Below are positions 1 to 13,665 of a stretch of 64,000 nucleotides of DNA, one piece after another (position 1 is the stretch's first letter; every line of letters starts with the position of its first letter). A model generated the notes under the pieces. That model saw nothing but the letters and a program-made list of their open reading frames with translations. It did no database searches and was not told where the DNA came from. The position numbers were made by a program, and so were the translations under genes. This stretch comes from Eledone cirrhosa (Eukaryota): contig OZ024742.1 in assembly GCA_964016885.1 (NCBI GenBank), positions 253,270,001 through 253,334,000 of the forward strand, written 5' to 3'.

Positions 1-1250
1 TGGTTGACAATAGTGCGTTTCACCGAAAAGCAAATGTCATAGGGCTATGTACACCATGGAACAGAGGATGTCAAGGACTTGCAAGTGTAAAAGATTGCAT
101 CGCTAATAAATGCAGGTCCTTAGGCTCGTATTAGACTAGCAGTTAAGAAGAACTTTAAGGTATGTTGCCAAAAGCAGATACCTATGCATTGAAACTATTG
201 AAAGTAAAGAAAATTACAAACAGAGGTTACTGGCTGAGAAACTGAGTACAAGGAAGAGTATGGAATTACATGGTCAATTTGAAAGAGAAATGAAGGAAGT
301 AAAAATAGAATCTTCATGGAATTACTTGACAAACGTTGATCTTAAGAGAGAGACAGAAAGTTAATTAATAGCTCCTGAAGATCAAGCTCTAAACACAAAC
401 GTGATAAGGAATATGTATAACCCAGATGAAACAAATAAATGTAGGTTATGTGGGAAGAAGGTGGAAAGTCTGACACACATTGTGGGTGCCTGTGACATGT
501 TTGCGCAGAGGTAATATAAAAGGTAATATAATTGTTTCTACTTTTGGTACAAAGCCAGCAATTATCCCAGTGTATTATTGGTGCTTTATTTGATCGAATC
601 TGTAAGGATGAAAGGCAAAGCTAACCTCGGCGAGAATTGAACTCAGACCATAAAGGGCCGTAACTCTTTGCTGCAAAGCATTGCATCAAACCCTCTACCG
701 ATACTGCCAATCCACCGTGTGCTTACACCTCCATTGGTCTTTATGTAAAGAATATGGGTTTGCAACCACTGAGAAATGGTATCAGCACAAACAAGAGAAG
801 GCCCTTAAAAATCAGATTGAAACACTTGTGGGATTTTACAACCCACACAGATAGAGTTCTTGAAAATACAAAGCTAGGCATAACTTTGGTGGAGAAAGGT
901 ACTGAAAAAGGTGTTTGTTGATTGATATAGCTTTCCCAGGAAACCATTATATCATTGATAAAGAACACAAGAAAATATAAACTTGAGAATAGATGTCAAG
1001 AGAATGTGGAATAGGAAAGCAAGAGTGGTACTAATTTTGATTGGAGCACTTGGGTCGGTGACAGAAAACCTCCGGAAAAACCCTGAGAGAATTTGCGTTA
1101 TGACATTGAAAAAAAACACCACCTGTGGGAACAGAAAATATCCTACAGAAAGTACTGTCTATCTGAGGTTACATAACTAGATAGGGGGCCAATTAAATGA
1201 TCCAGTGTTAATAAGATCATCACTGTGCAAATGATTAATAATAATAATAG
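1..1250 (+). mobile_element. Degenerate 3' part of an R4/Dong-like (restriction-like endonuclease) non-LTR retrotransposon, interrupted by a SINE
   Basis: Hand translation gives LHGQFERE, LKRETE and APEDQALNT, a CCHC knuckle CRLCGKKVESLTHIVGAC, HLHWSLCKEYG and VVLILIGALGSV, followed by an (AAT)n tail near 1240. Stops and frameshifts are present. Confidence 0.75.
527..717 (-). mobile_element. tRNA-derived SINE family A (Deu/Nin-like core)
   Basis: The family minus strand has an A box (tggcagtatcggt), a B-box-like gagttcaa and the core ctttgcctttcatcc. It is homologous to many other copies in the window. Confidence 0.8.
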
Positions 1251-1299
<49 letters not shown>

Positions 1300-1919
1300 G
1301 TTATGATTATTAATTAATAAGTAAGATAAATATTTTATAAATAAGGAGTAATTGTGGTTAGTCAGTGTAGGTATGCACTTACTAGTGGGTTTGTATGTGT
1401 TTATATATGCATAAGGGTGAAAGCAGATTTTGTTTGCTTAAACTTTTAATCTGTGTTAATAAATATTTGCTGTAAAGGTTTATTGACACACACACACACA
1501 CATACACACACACACACACATATATATAATATATATATATATAATTTATATTTACTTCTTTGCAATTTTTTTTACAGCTAAAATTTGTATGTTGTGCCTT
1601 TCTGTTCTTTTCTGCCTCCACGAAGAACGTCGATAAATTGAAAAGTTGTGGAAAGTAATTCAAATATTCGCTTCAGTGGGTGATTTATTCACTAGTATGG
1701 TGCCTGAAGCAAAAGGTGACAGTTTTTCAGTGAACAGAAAGCATGGCTACTTTGCTAGAATTCTTTCGTTCCACTTGAAATGAGGATCGATGAAATAAAT
1801 GGCTACTCCAAGCTGGAAACACTGAGATGACTTCCGCTGGTTACATATGTCAAGTATTTCTATATTGCACAGTTTCCTGCACTGTTCAACAGTGTTTAAT
1901 GTATTTAGAATGATGCTTA

Positions 1920-2098
1920 TACATCTTATATATATATGTATGTGTACATATGTGTGTGCAAGTATGCCCGCATGTATGTATGCATGTATGTGTCTGTTTA
2001 TGTATGTATGCATGTATGTATGTATATATATGCGTGTGTGTGTGTATGTTTGTATGTATGTACAAATGGATGTGTCAAAGTATGCATATGTGTATTTA

Positions 2099-2168
<70 letters not shown>

Positions 2169-2939
2169 CACATAAATACACATATACATACTTTCACACA
2201 CATCCATTTGTACATACATACAAACATACATACACACACACACATATATATATATACTCATACATATATATACATATAAATATATATATACATACACACA
2301 CACATACATATATATATATACACACATACATACATATATATACACACATACATATATATATATATATATGTACATATGTGTGTGTATATGTATGTGTATA
2401 TGAGCAATTAAGTGCATCCTTATATGTATATGGGCGTATGTATGTATATACATGTATAAATTTATGCGTACATGTATTTATATATATATATATATATATA
2501 CGTGTGAGTATGCATGTATATATATATACCTGTGAAGTTATGTGTTTGCCTGTATGTATTATGTATAGTGGATTGATTATTGATGTCAGATGATGATGAT
2601 GATAATGAGGTAGAGTTGGAGGTGGCAGCAGGAAAAGGATTATGAAAGTTTGTTCCTCCTCCTCCTCCTCCTCTTCCTCCCCAACTCTTCCTTTTCCTAG
2701 TCTTGTTGTTGTTGTTGTTGTTGTTCTTCTTCTTCTTCTTCTTCTTCTTCTTCTTCTTCCCCCCTCCTCTCATCCCCTTCTTTTTCTCTTCCTCCTCCCC
2801 TCCTCTTCCTTCTCCCCTCTTTCTTCACCTCCACCTCGTTTTTTTCCTCTTCCTCAACCTCCTTCTCTTTCACTATCACCACCACCTCTTCCTCCTTCTC
2901 TCCTGTACACACTGGATTATGAATAGTAGCAGTAATAGA

Positions 2940-2977
<38 letters not shown>

Positions 2978-3080
2978 CAGTAGTAGTATTTGTTGTAGTA
3001 GTAGAGATAGTGGCAGTAGTAGTAGTGGTAATAGTAGCAGTATTGGTAGTAGTATTAGTGGTAGTAGTTGTAGTAGTAGG
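1920..3080. repeat. Compound microsatellite and low-complexity tract (TA, CA, TCC, TTG, TTC, AGT)
   Basis: Seen directly in the sequence. Confidence 0.9.
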
Positions 3081-3081
3081 T

Positions 3082-3273
3082 AATAATTGTTTCTACGTTA
3101 GGCACAAGGCCAGCAATCAACCAGTGCATTACTGGTACTTTATTTTATCGACCCCGTAAGGATGAAAGGCAAAGTTAACCTCGGTGGGATTTGAACTCAG
3201 AATGGCAAGGGCCGTAACTCTATGCGTCAAAGCATGGCGTCCGACCCTCTACCGATACTGCCAATCCAGCGCC
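3082..3273 (-). mobile_element. SINE family A, full length, with target-site duplication
   Basis: A and B boxes plus core; flanked by a duplicated ttgtagtagtaggtaataat. Confidence 0.85.
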
Positions 3274-3291
3274 TTGTAGTAGTAGGTAATA

Positions 3292-3712
3292 ATGATTTCA
3301 TTTATTGGCCACAAGGGCCGACATATAGGGGACAATACAAAAGACTGGGACAGTGGGGTTTTACAGAAAAATCGAATAAACAATATGAATAACAATAACA
3401 AAGTAACAATAAAATACAACAAGAAAAATTCCCCAATCGGGGGGATGACCACCCAGGGTTCACTCAGGTACCCCACCAATCCTGAACGACCCGACGCTTC
3501 GAGAGCACCCTGGAAGGGCACGCCTCTCCTCCTCAAATTTACCCAGCTACAGCCGCATGACCAGAGTAGGCCCACTCACACGGGCCATTCTCGCCACATT
3601 TACCCACCTTTCAGCAAATGTACGGGGGGGGGGGGGGGGGGGCAGCTCTTCTCTCTCCACCCTCACCTTCCTTGCCAAGTGAAACTTGAAGAAGTTGATG
3701 AGGGATTGGCCG
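3292..3712 (-). mobile_element. 3' end of an L1/Tx1-like LINE
   Basis: Minus-strand translation (with frameshifts) LINFFKFHLARKVRVERE...FAERWVNVARMARV resembles an L1/Tx1 ORF2 C-terminus. It is followed by a 3' UTR with aataaa. Confidence 0.5.
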
Positions 3713-3870
3713 AGTAGTAGGTAATAGTAGTAGTATTAGTAGTAATGGTAACAGTGGTAGTAGTAGTAGTAGCAGCAGCAGCAATAGTACTAGTAGTAGT
3801 AATGGTATTAGTGGCAATGGTTGTAGTAGTAGGTAATAGCAATAGTAGTAGTAGTAATGGTAATAGTTGT

Positions 3871-3908
<38 letters not shown>

Positions 3909-4040
3909 TAGTAGTAGGTAATAGTAATAGTAGTAGTAGTAATGGTAATAGTTGTAGTAGCAGCAGTAGTAGTAGTAGTAGTAGTAGTAGTAGGTAATAG
4001 TAATAGTAGTAGTAGTAATGGTAATAGTTGTAGTAGCAGC

Positions 4041-4078
<38 letters not shown>

Positions 4079-4116
4079 GTAATAGTAATAGTAGTAGTAG
4101 TAATGGTAATAGTTGT

Positions 4117-4160
<44 letters not shown>

Positions 4161-4295
4161 TAGTAGGTAATAGTAGTAGTAGTAGTAGTAATGGTAATAG
4201 TTGTAGCAGCAGCAGCATCAGCATCAGCAGCAGTAGTAGTAGTAGTAGGTAATAGTAGTAGTAGTAGTAATGGTAATAGTTGTAGTAGCAGCAGC

Positions 4296-4330
<35 letters not shown>

Positions 4331-4345
4331 TAGTAGTAATTGTAG
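3713..4345. repeat. (AGT)n/(AGC)n compound array with a higher-order unit
   Basis: The block agtagtaatggtaatagttgtagcagc...agtaggtaat recurs about 7 times. Confidence 0.9.
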
Positions 4346-4429
4346 TGGTCATCAGTTGTCAATGGTTTCACTATAAACATCAATGAAACGTTAGAATATA
4401 TTTCTTTACCAACTTCCTTCCATTCCTGT

Positions 4430-4890
4430 CTCAGCCTTTGTTAGGCCTGGACTTCATTACTGCACTAGGGCTTGATGAACACAACCACAAGGATATGGTC
4501 CAAACGTGGAAGAGCCGAAGTCCTACTATCATCGCCTCCACCTCTCTCGCCCTCCTCATCTCTTCGTATAGTGAGCAAATGGGGTCCCACGTGCTGGCCT
4601 CCCCACTGCGCTGGCGGACAGAATGGAGAAGGCGTTTCCCCGGAGGATGGTAAGGGAGATGCGCTGGAAGGGCCATTCCAACTTGCGAGGCTCAGACCTG
4701 TGGCTGGCCAGATCAGTGCCTATGGTGGTGAGTAGGGAGGTAGCCCTAGGGCCAAGGGCACCAGAAGTCTCCACTGCCAAGGTTATGACTGTGAACCTGT
4801 TGGAGAGCGACCGGTACTTGGAGAGTTTAGCCTCCTCAGCCCGACATACAGTAGAACAAACTAGAAGTCATGTGTCCGCTTCCAACTGAC
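4430..4890 (-). mobile_element. 3' end of a CRE-like non-LTR retrotransposon (restriction-like endonuclease)
   Basis: KLSKYRSLSNRFTVITLAVETSGALG...FQRISLTILRGNAFSIL fits the K..KY / ET.G..G / QR.S...RGNA pattern of CRE-clade C-termini. Confidence 0.7.
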
Positions 4891-4934
4891 TGCCTGTCAC
4901 CCCCCCCCCACAAGGTCTCTATTCCCTTCATACA

Positions 4935-5370
4935 CTATCTAATGTCTGTTGACCCCCATACCATCTCCACACTATATAATGTTTGATGCCCCCACACAAT
5001 ATAATGTTTGATGAACCCAGACAAGAATGTTTGATGCTCCTGAGGCCTATAATGTTTGATGTACTCCCTCACTATGTAATGTTTGATACCCCCTCACTAT
5101 ATAATGTGATGGCTCCCCCCCCCCCCCAACCACACCTTAGAATGTTTGATGAACCCCCACACTTTATAATGTTTGATAACCCCCACACAATATAATGTTT
5201 GATGTCTCCAGGTGAGATAATGTTTGATGTACCCCCCTACCCACATCATATAATGTTTGATACCTCCCACACAATATAATATTTGACGTATCCCCTCAAT
5301 ATGTAATGTTTGATACCTCCCTCACTATATAATATTTGTTGCCCCCTCCCTCACACTATATAATGTTGAA
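4935..5370. repeat. Degenerate minisatellite of about 25-30 bp
   Basis: Recurrent ataatgtttgat followed by a C-rich spacer. Confidence 0.8.
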
Positions 5371-6005
5371 GTGATTGTAATTTCAATGGAGTGGTTTCTG
5401 TCCTCTACCATTTTCTTCTGATTGATTAAGTTCTCAATCATTCAAAATTTTATGTAGTTAATATGAGTTTGATTTATTGTTTTTGTGACTAGCTGTGGGG
5501 AGGTATACCTTATGAATCATTGCCTACTAGATAGATATAAAATCATTTCATACATCTGCAGCATTGCTTAATTTTCACATTCCTTCTTCCTACATTTTTC
5601 TTTCTTTAAATTTAGTTTCCCACAGTTTGGTATTGACAATATGTAGTTATTATGGTTGAATCATTAAGAAGTTTACTTCACATTCATTTGGTCTTCGGTT
5701 CAATTACCCCACGTGCCATATTCTGCAAATGTCATTTACCATAGCCACAGTTTGATCAAATGAATGTGAAATGAAATTGGGTACGTTGAAGGCAAATGGA
5801 GTACTGTGGCATAGACTATACCAATAATTAGATAGTCAGTGCCTATGTTTGTGAAATAATAATATATATATAAATATATAGTTGTAAAGGGCCTTGTTGG
5901 GTGCTGGATAATATTTAGATTGCTGAATTGTGTCAGAAGGTAACCACAATTAAAAAAGGTACTCACATTGGTAGAGTACAGGCATGTCATTTCTATATAT
6001 AATAT

Positions 6006-6130
6006 ATAATTGTTTCTACTTTTGGCACAAGGCCAGCAATTACCCAGTGTATTACTGGTACTTTATTTTATCGACCCCGTAAGGATGAAAGGCAAAGTTA
6101 ACCTCGGCGGGATTTGAACTCAGATTGGAA
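6006..6130 (-). mobile_element. SINE family A, partial
   Basis: Homologous to 3082-3273. Confidence 0.8.
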
Positions 6131-6349
6131 AGAATATATAATATAATATATATATATATATATACATATCATCATCATCATCATCATTATCATCAATAAC
6201 ATCATTTTTATGTTCGTTTTTCCATGCTTGCATGTGTTCAATGGGTCCTTTTCAGAACATCTCTCCACTTACCACTTTCCTTGGTCTACCTCTACTCCAG
6301 CTTCTACCACTCTGATTTCTTGTGTATATATCGATATATCTATATATAT

Positions 6350-7052
6350 ATATAAATGGAAAAAATGAAATTTCATTTCTCACTCTTAGTATGGCTGATA
6401 CATAAATATAAGTATGTATATGTACATACATATATGTATACACACGTACAGTAGTATATATATCTATACATACATGCACACACATATATATGTACGTATG
6501 GGCTTACCGAATATTTATTATAATGTTCGGTTTATTTGTAAACAAACTAGTTTCTAGCTTATTAGCTGTCATCAGCACCATATACCTTCCTGTCAGTCGA
6601 TTGAACGTTTGAAAGTATATACTTTCTTTATGCATATTAACGGTGCTGATGACAGCTAATAAGCTAGAAACTAGTTCATCGTTCCTTTGTCATTGTTGAA
6701 CAAAAGGGCACCGATGGTTGCCGAACACTGTACGGCTTAATTTGGGCTGTTTGTTTACAAACAAACCGAACATTATAATAAATATTCGGTAAACCCATAC
6801 GTGAATATATATATATACTACTGTACATCTGTATACATATATGTATGTACGTATACATACTTATATTTAAGTATCAGCCGTACTAAGAGTGAGAAATGAA
6901 ATTTCATTTTTTCCATTTATCGTTTTCGGTACACCCGGCTGACTAACTCACTCGATATGCAAATTAGGCTGCTCAGCCATTAATATGCATAAAGAAAGTA
7001 TATACTTTCAAATTTTCAATCGACTGACAGGAAGGTATACGGTGTTGATGAC
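6350..7052 (+). mobile_element. Fold-back non-coding element with nested inversions and an HHR
   Basis: Inverted pairs at 6353-6546/6749-6920, 6546-6580/6642-6676 and 6568-6640/6980-7052. The element starts in a (TA)n run. Confidence 0.7.
6639..6683 (+). ncRNA. Type I minimal hammerhead ribozyme motif
   Basis: aacggtg CTGATGA cagctaataagcta GAAA ctag TT catcgtt: 7-bp stem I, agct/agct stem II, palindromic CUAG loop 3. Confidence 0.75.
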
Positions 7053-8910
7053 CATAACCACACGTATTGTTAACCAGGTAATACTAGAGGGTGTCATACC
7101 AAAGGATTGGTAGAGCAGCATCATTGTCAACTACTACAAGGGTAAAGGTGATGCACTAAATTGAGGAAGCTATAGAGGTAAAAAGCTGATGGACCAGGTC
7201 ATGAAAGTAACGGAAAGAGTTATAGCACAGTTGATTAGGGACTGGGTAAAACTAGATGAGATGTAATTTGGGTTTGTACTAGGGAAAGGCACCACTGATG
7301 CCCTCTTCCTTGTGAGGCAGTTACAGGAAAAGTACCTAGCTAAAAGTAAGCCGCTTTACCTGGCATTCGTCGATCTGGAAAAAGCCTTCGACAGAGTCCC
7401 CCGTGCTATAATCTGGTGGGCTCTTAGAAAATTAGGAGTAAACGAATGGCTTGTGAAAGCTGTACAAGCCATGTATAGAGGAGCAGTCAGCAAAGTTAGG
7501 GTTAACAATGACTATAGCAAGGAATTTAGCATACAGGTCGGTGTCCATCATGGCTCTGTTCTTAGCCCTCTCTTGTTCATTATAGTTTTGCAGGCAACAA
7601 CGGAGGAGTTTAAGACCGGATGCTCATGGGAACTCCTATATGCAGATGATCTTGCACTTATAGCTGAATCTATTGTGGAACTAGAGAAGAAATTCCAAAC
7701 ATGCAAACAGGGACTAGAAACAAAGGGTCTCAAAGTCAACCTGACAAAGACTAAGGTCCTTGTAAGTAGACACGAAAACAGAACCCAGATCCTTTCAGGG
7801 AGATAGCCTTGCTCAGTATGTAGGAAAGGTGTAGGTAGGAACTTCATCCTCTGCCCCAAATGCAAACAATGGGTACACAAGAGATGTAGTGGGATCTCAG
7901 GAGGCTTAACTAAGAATCTAGGCTTCATATGTAGCAGCTACGCTGGGACAAGGAAGCAGCAAAGGGTCACTGGAAACAAGCACAACCAAACTCTAGGAGG
8001 GCTTTGTAGAAACAGTAGACAGCTTCTGCTAACTAGGTGACTGAATTATCAGCCGAGGTGGGTGTTTGGAAAGTACAATAACTAGGGTAAAAACGGGATG
8101 GAAGAAGTTCAGGGAGCTACTGCCGCTGGTAGCTGCAAAGGGCTTTTCCCTCAAAATGAAAGGTACACTGTATGATGCATGTATACGAACAGCAATGTTA
8201 CATGGTAGTGAGACCTGGGTGCTGTCTGTAGAAGACATGCGTAGATTAGAAAGAAACGAAGCTTGCATGCTCCCATGGATGTGTAACAGTAATATATGCG
8301 AACGGCAAAGCTTAAACGAATTGAGAGAGAGTCTGAGCATAAGAGGAATCAAATGCTGTGTGCAGGAGAGGAGGTTGCGTTGGTATTGACATGTGATGCG
8401 TATGAAGGATAACAGCTGCATAAAAAGGTGCAGAGCACTAGAAGTCGATGGAAACCGCAGAGTGGAGAGACCCAAGAAGACCTGGGATGAGGTGATAAAA
8501 GCCGACCTTACCCAATTACACCTCTCAAGGGTGATGATACATGACCGGGACCTCTGGCGTCATGCAGTAATACAGAAGACCCAACTTCCCGCGCGTACAA
8601 GCTGATGCTGAACCATATAGACAATATGCCCCCACACTCTCCCACTGCAAAGTAGTCGTGGAGGTGCCATCGCAAAAAAGCACCCAGCCCACACTGTAAA
8701 GTGGACGTGTAGGCGCCACAAAAAAAAATCACCCCGCACTCACTGTAAATGGTGTTAGGAAAGGCATCCAGCTGTAGAAATCAAGTCAGAATCAGTTCCC
8801 GTATAAGCAAGACAAGGTCAGCTGACTGGACACTGCCCACAACAGGACAACCCGTCTAACCCATGCTAGCATAGAAGAACAGGCGTAAAATGGTGATGAT
8901 GATGATGATG
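7052..8910 (+). mobile_element. RTE-clade LINE, 5'-truncated and degenerate
   Basis: RT motifs AFVDLEKAFDRVP and LLYADD, C-terminal RRLRWY / RPKKTWDEV, and a (GAT)n tail. Confidence 0.9.
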
Positions 8911-8916
8911 AATATA

Positions 8917-8972
<56 letters not shown>

Positions 8973-8994
8973 ATGTATATACATATATGTATAT

Positions 8995-10255
8995 ACAGAC
9001 CGGTTGCCCATGGGAACTTCTGTACTCTGATGATCTTACGCTCATAGCTGAATCCATGGTGGGACTAGAGAAGAAATTCCAAACATGGAAGAAGGGCCTA
9101 GAAAGAAGGGGTCTTAAACTCAACCTGACAAAGACTAAGGTCCTAGTAAGTAGAAGAAAAAAACAGAACCCAGATCTCTTCAGGCAAATGGCCTTGTCCA
9201 GTATCTAGGAAAGGTGTTGGTAGAAATTCCATCCTCTGCCTCATTTGTAAAATGTGGGTACACAAGAGATGTAGTGGAATCTCCAGAAGTTTAGCTAAGA
9301 ATTTAGGCTTTACATGTAACAGTTACACTGGAACAGTAAGCAGCAAACAACCGCAAGAAACAAGTGCTAGCAAATTCTAGGAGGGCTCTGTAGAAACAAT
9401 AGATAGCTTCTGCTACTTAGGTGACCAAATTAGCAGCGGTGGTGGGTTTTCTGAAAGTACAATAGCCAGTGTAAGAATGGGACGGAGGAAGTTCAGGGAG
9501 CTACTACCACTGCTGGTTACAAAAGGCTTCTCCCTCTGAATGAAAATCAGACTGTATGATGCGTGCATATGTACAGCAATGTTACATGGTAGTGAGACCT
9601 GAGCACTGTGTGTAGAAGACTTGCGTAGATTAGAAAGAAATGAAGCCTGCATTCTCCGATGGATGTATAATAGTAATATACGAGAATGGCAAAGCATAAA
9701 TGAACTTAGAGTGAAACGAGGCCTAAGAGGAATCAAATGCTGTGTTCAGGAGAGGAGACTGCATTAGTATGGACATGTGTTGCATATGAAGGATGACAGT
9801 TGCATAAAAAAATGCAGAGCCCTGAAAGTCGTTGGAAGACTTGGAGTGGGGAGACCCAGGAAGACCTGGGACGAGGTAATATAAGCCGATCTTGCCCAAT
9901 TGCACCTCTCAAAGCAGATGACACATGACCGGGATCTCTGGCAATATGCAGTAGTAATACAGAAGGCCTGACTTCCCATGAGCACAAGCTGAAGCATATG
10001 TACAGTATGCCCCAAAAGACACAGCAAAAAGCACCCAGCCTACACTATAAAGTGCACATGTAAAAGACACGGCAAAAAGCCCCCAGCACACACTGTCAAT
10101 GTGGTTGGCGTTAGGAAGGGCATCCAGCTGTAGAAAACCAGCCAGAAACACCCCTCTATCGGCAAGACACGGTCACCCGACCTAACTTGCCTTTAAATAG
10201 GACCCGTCTAACCCATGCTATCATGGAAAATAGACGTTAATCGATGATGATGATA
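8995..10255 (+). mobile_element. RTE-clade LINE, 5'-truncated and degenerate
   Basis: TGCPWELLYSDD and homology to the other copies; ends in a (GAT)n tail. Confidence 0.9.
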
Positions 10256-11059
10256 TATATAAAAACACTTTAACCCTTTCAAAACCATATTTCTAATAAA
10301 AGACACTCCCTCTCTCCTAAATTGCACATATTTTTGTATTTGTGATGATAACGTTATCATAGCTGTGACAGATATTTAAGCTACACACACTTATCACGTA
10401 CACGGCCAAACTTCATTTGACAAAAGAATTATTTTGTGAATTTTAGTAGTCGCCTAAATCTGTCTATGGCGACAAAGTATCTAAAAGAAATAAGAGCAGT
10501 TGAAAATAATTGGATTGCTTCCGCTTTTTGCCTCGCACCAGTGTAGCTTAGAAAACTAACATAAATCTTCCAGATTGTTCTTTTAGTTTAAAAAAGAAAG
10601 AAAAGAAAATGTGCTGAGTTATTGGTCAATTGTTGGTAGTTACTGTTCTGTCTTGCTGTGGGTCGTTTCGCCTGGATACTTTGTCTGCATCAAACGTTTG
10701 CTACACATGTAAGACAAATTGCTAAATTTAAGCTTCACTGCACCTCTCACTTCAAACTAAATATGAAATAAACAAACTTGGAACACACCTACTGAAAGTT
10801 TGCAAGTCAAGGGTTAGCCAAAACTATTGAAAGAATTCAACCTTAGATGGATGTAATGTAGTAAATGTAACATGAATTAAATTAATGAACTCTGATTATT
10901 TTGTACTGAAGAGGCAAAAAGAAGTGGAAACAACAAGTGGTATATGAAGAGCTGTATTAAACATAACAGAAATCTGGATTGCAATAAGTAAGCAGTGAAA
11001 AATAGTTTTAATGTCCATTATTTTTACTTAATTAAAATAATTAGTCTTTTCAGTCAAAG

Positions 11060-11420
11060 AAATCTTGGGCCGAAAAGACTGAAAGAATACGATAGCAAAT
11101 ATAAACAGTTGAAATGGAGTCCTCCAAAGGATTTTTGGAGTAACGTTACTCAATAGAGTGCATAGGTCACAGATCAGGGAACCATGTCAGATAAAGTTGC
11201 TACTTCTCCAAATTGAGATACTATGGATATGTAGACAGAATATCTAAGGAAAAATGGCAGGACAGATTTTACAAGCAAAACTAAATGGCAGGAGATCCAG
11301 GGCTCCAAGCAAGATGGATGGATAACATCCATGAGATTGGCTGGTCTTGCTAGGGGATTCAGCTAGATGAACTGGAGAGAGTTGCTTCAGACAGGACCTG
11401 CTGGAAGGCATGCTTGAGGA
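11060..11420 (+). mobile_element. Old RTE-like LINE 3' remnant
   Basis: Weak similarity (ILQAKLNGRRSR, WMDNI, DRTCW) to an RTE C-terminus. Confidence 0.35.
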
Positions 11421-12029
11421 TTCTGCCCCCACAACCTTCCCAAAAATAAGTGGGCAAAGAAGAAAAGGAAAAGTCTTTCCAGCAAGTTCTCTCAACATAT
11501 ATTTAAATTTGTTATAGACTATTTTGTATACTTTCTGTCATGAAATTCTTTCTATCCAAAGTTAAGAACATTATTAACATTGATCCAGTATGGGAACGTG
11601 CATGTGATTCCTAAGTATGTAAGAAGAAATCTTACTCAAATCACTTTCCTCAAAACAATAGCCTTCTAATCAACAGGTGCAACCAGCACCTGGAATTCCA
11701 TGGACATTTCCATCCTGTTTTGTTGTAGGATAGATTTACATCCTTTGATCTTCCCATATTCTTCAACAACTGTTTCATCATTTTGGCATCTGTTGTCTGA
11801 TGTTGAAATGTGTCAGTATAATTCTTGTGGAGGACGAGTTGTAGTCACGATACTGCATGACTCTTGTTCACTGTGTTATCTTGCTACCACTACTATACTA
11901 TACTGTTTTTCACTCACACTACATATCCTACTATGAAAAAGTCATTATTTGTGAATAAAGATTGCTATTATAATTTTTCATTTGGAGTCAATGTTCTCTT
12001 TGTCACTTGATGGTGATACATAGCCCAGA

Positions 12030-12420
12030 GTTCTCCCAGTAAAGTGGTCATGCTGGTGACATGAAAAAAAAAGCACCCAGTTCACCATGCAAAGTGCCAT
12101 GTTGGTTACACTATAAACAGCACCCAGTTCACCATGTAGAATAGCCATGCTGGTGACACTATAAAAAGCACCCAGTCCACCCTATAAAGTGTTTTTGATG
12201 GTGACATGAGGAAAAACCACCCAATTCGCCCTATCAGATAGTCATTTTGGTGTCCTGAAAAAAAGCAGCCAGTCCACACAGTAATGTGGTTGGCATTAGC
12301 AAGGGTATCCAGCCATGGAAACCAAGCCAAAATACAAATCTGTATGAACAAGAAGTGGTCACCTGACCGGCAAGCATGGACAAATAGATGCTAAACAATG
12401 ATACTGATGACGATGATGAT
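12030..12420 (+). mobile_element. RTE/SINE-B 3' tail remnant with internal tandem units
   Basis: About 5 copies of aaaaagcacccagt...gtgg, then gggtatccagcc and a (GAT)n tail. Confidence 0.6.
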
Positions 12421-12993
12421 ATATACATATATATTATATCAGCATCATCGTTTAATGTCCATCTTCCATGCTAGCATGGGTTAGACAGTTTTGTTCCATT
12501 AGATGCAGGAATGGTCGGCAGACCATGTCTGGCTCGTATATACATATTTACATACATTTGACAATGTATGCAGAAAAAAATATATATACGTATATATATT
12601 TATAAATATATATGGATGAGAGAAAGAGAGAGAGGGAGGGAGATTGGTAGAGATATTTTCCGATAAATAGATAAAAAGACAGGCAGAAAGGCAGCAGAAA
12701 AATAGAGAGATGTGTATGCAATAAATAAAATGGCCAGACATGAGAACTCTACTTGTAAGAAAAGTGAATGGATAACAGACAACAGCTTCAATATTTAAAA
12801 TATCTTCTAACATCAAAATTCTACACTTATTCATTGCAAATGTCTAATTCCACCCTAACATTCATAGTTGTTATATTATAATCTGAATATTTCCACTCAT
12901 GTTCTAGAAATGTCATTCCATCCTTGAAATGTCATTTTCATGGTCACTATTGAAAAACTGTCAAATTTATACATACACACACATATATATATA

Positions 12994-13664
12994 CTAGCTA
13001 AACTACCCATCCCTTGGACGGTTCAAGTAGCTTTCGATGTAGCTCATTAAACTAAACAAAGTAAATTTGAATACAGAGAAGAAAAACGTACTTTATGTAA
13101 GCATGAAAACCTTAGGTACTATTCCAGCGAAATAATTAATATATGAGCTCGGTGTCTTTTTTGACAACAGTAAAAGCGCATCATAAAATAGAGAAGTGAA
13201 GTGAATAATAAACACTATTATGTACAAAGCATAATATTGTAAAAGTTATGACATCACTTAATGTATGAACATCAAGCTTGAAACGATAAATTATACAATG
13301 TCAAATCTATAACTTAACTTAGTAATCTGTTAGAAATTGCTGGTTGTGAAATATACAAAATGATATTGTTAGTCTCAAGGAAGCGTACTTTTTGTTTCAA
13401 GTACAAAGAGTAAATTAAAATCCGAATGAGCCAAATTACGAAAGATAACTCTTGTCTTACTTAATCACGAAAATTCACAGAAATAACCGAAACTTTTTTA
13501 ATGTCTCCAAAGGCCCCAATATCGATTTTTGAAAGCCTTTGTAGATCATGTACAAGTTTTGTGCAAGGAGAAGCTCTGTAAAAAATTCAAAGAAATCGTA
13601 TGAATGGTTTAAAAATTGTCCATACACACATATACAGAAAACTTCATCTTTATATATATACAGA
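12994..13664 (-). mobile_element. Non-autonomous Helitron
   Basis: The minus strand reads A|TCTGTATATATATAAAG... with subterminal hairpin ccgtcc-aag-ggatgg and ends ...CTAG|T. It is inserted between A and T with no TSD. Confidence 0.75.
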
Positions 13665-13665
13665 T

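Noticed and set aside
1747-4383. Long ORFs rich in YI/CV/L/S runs (likewise at 34889-35818, 41978-42444 and 56376-57215)
   Set aside because: They are translations of microsatellites or tandem repeats, not genes.
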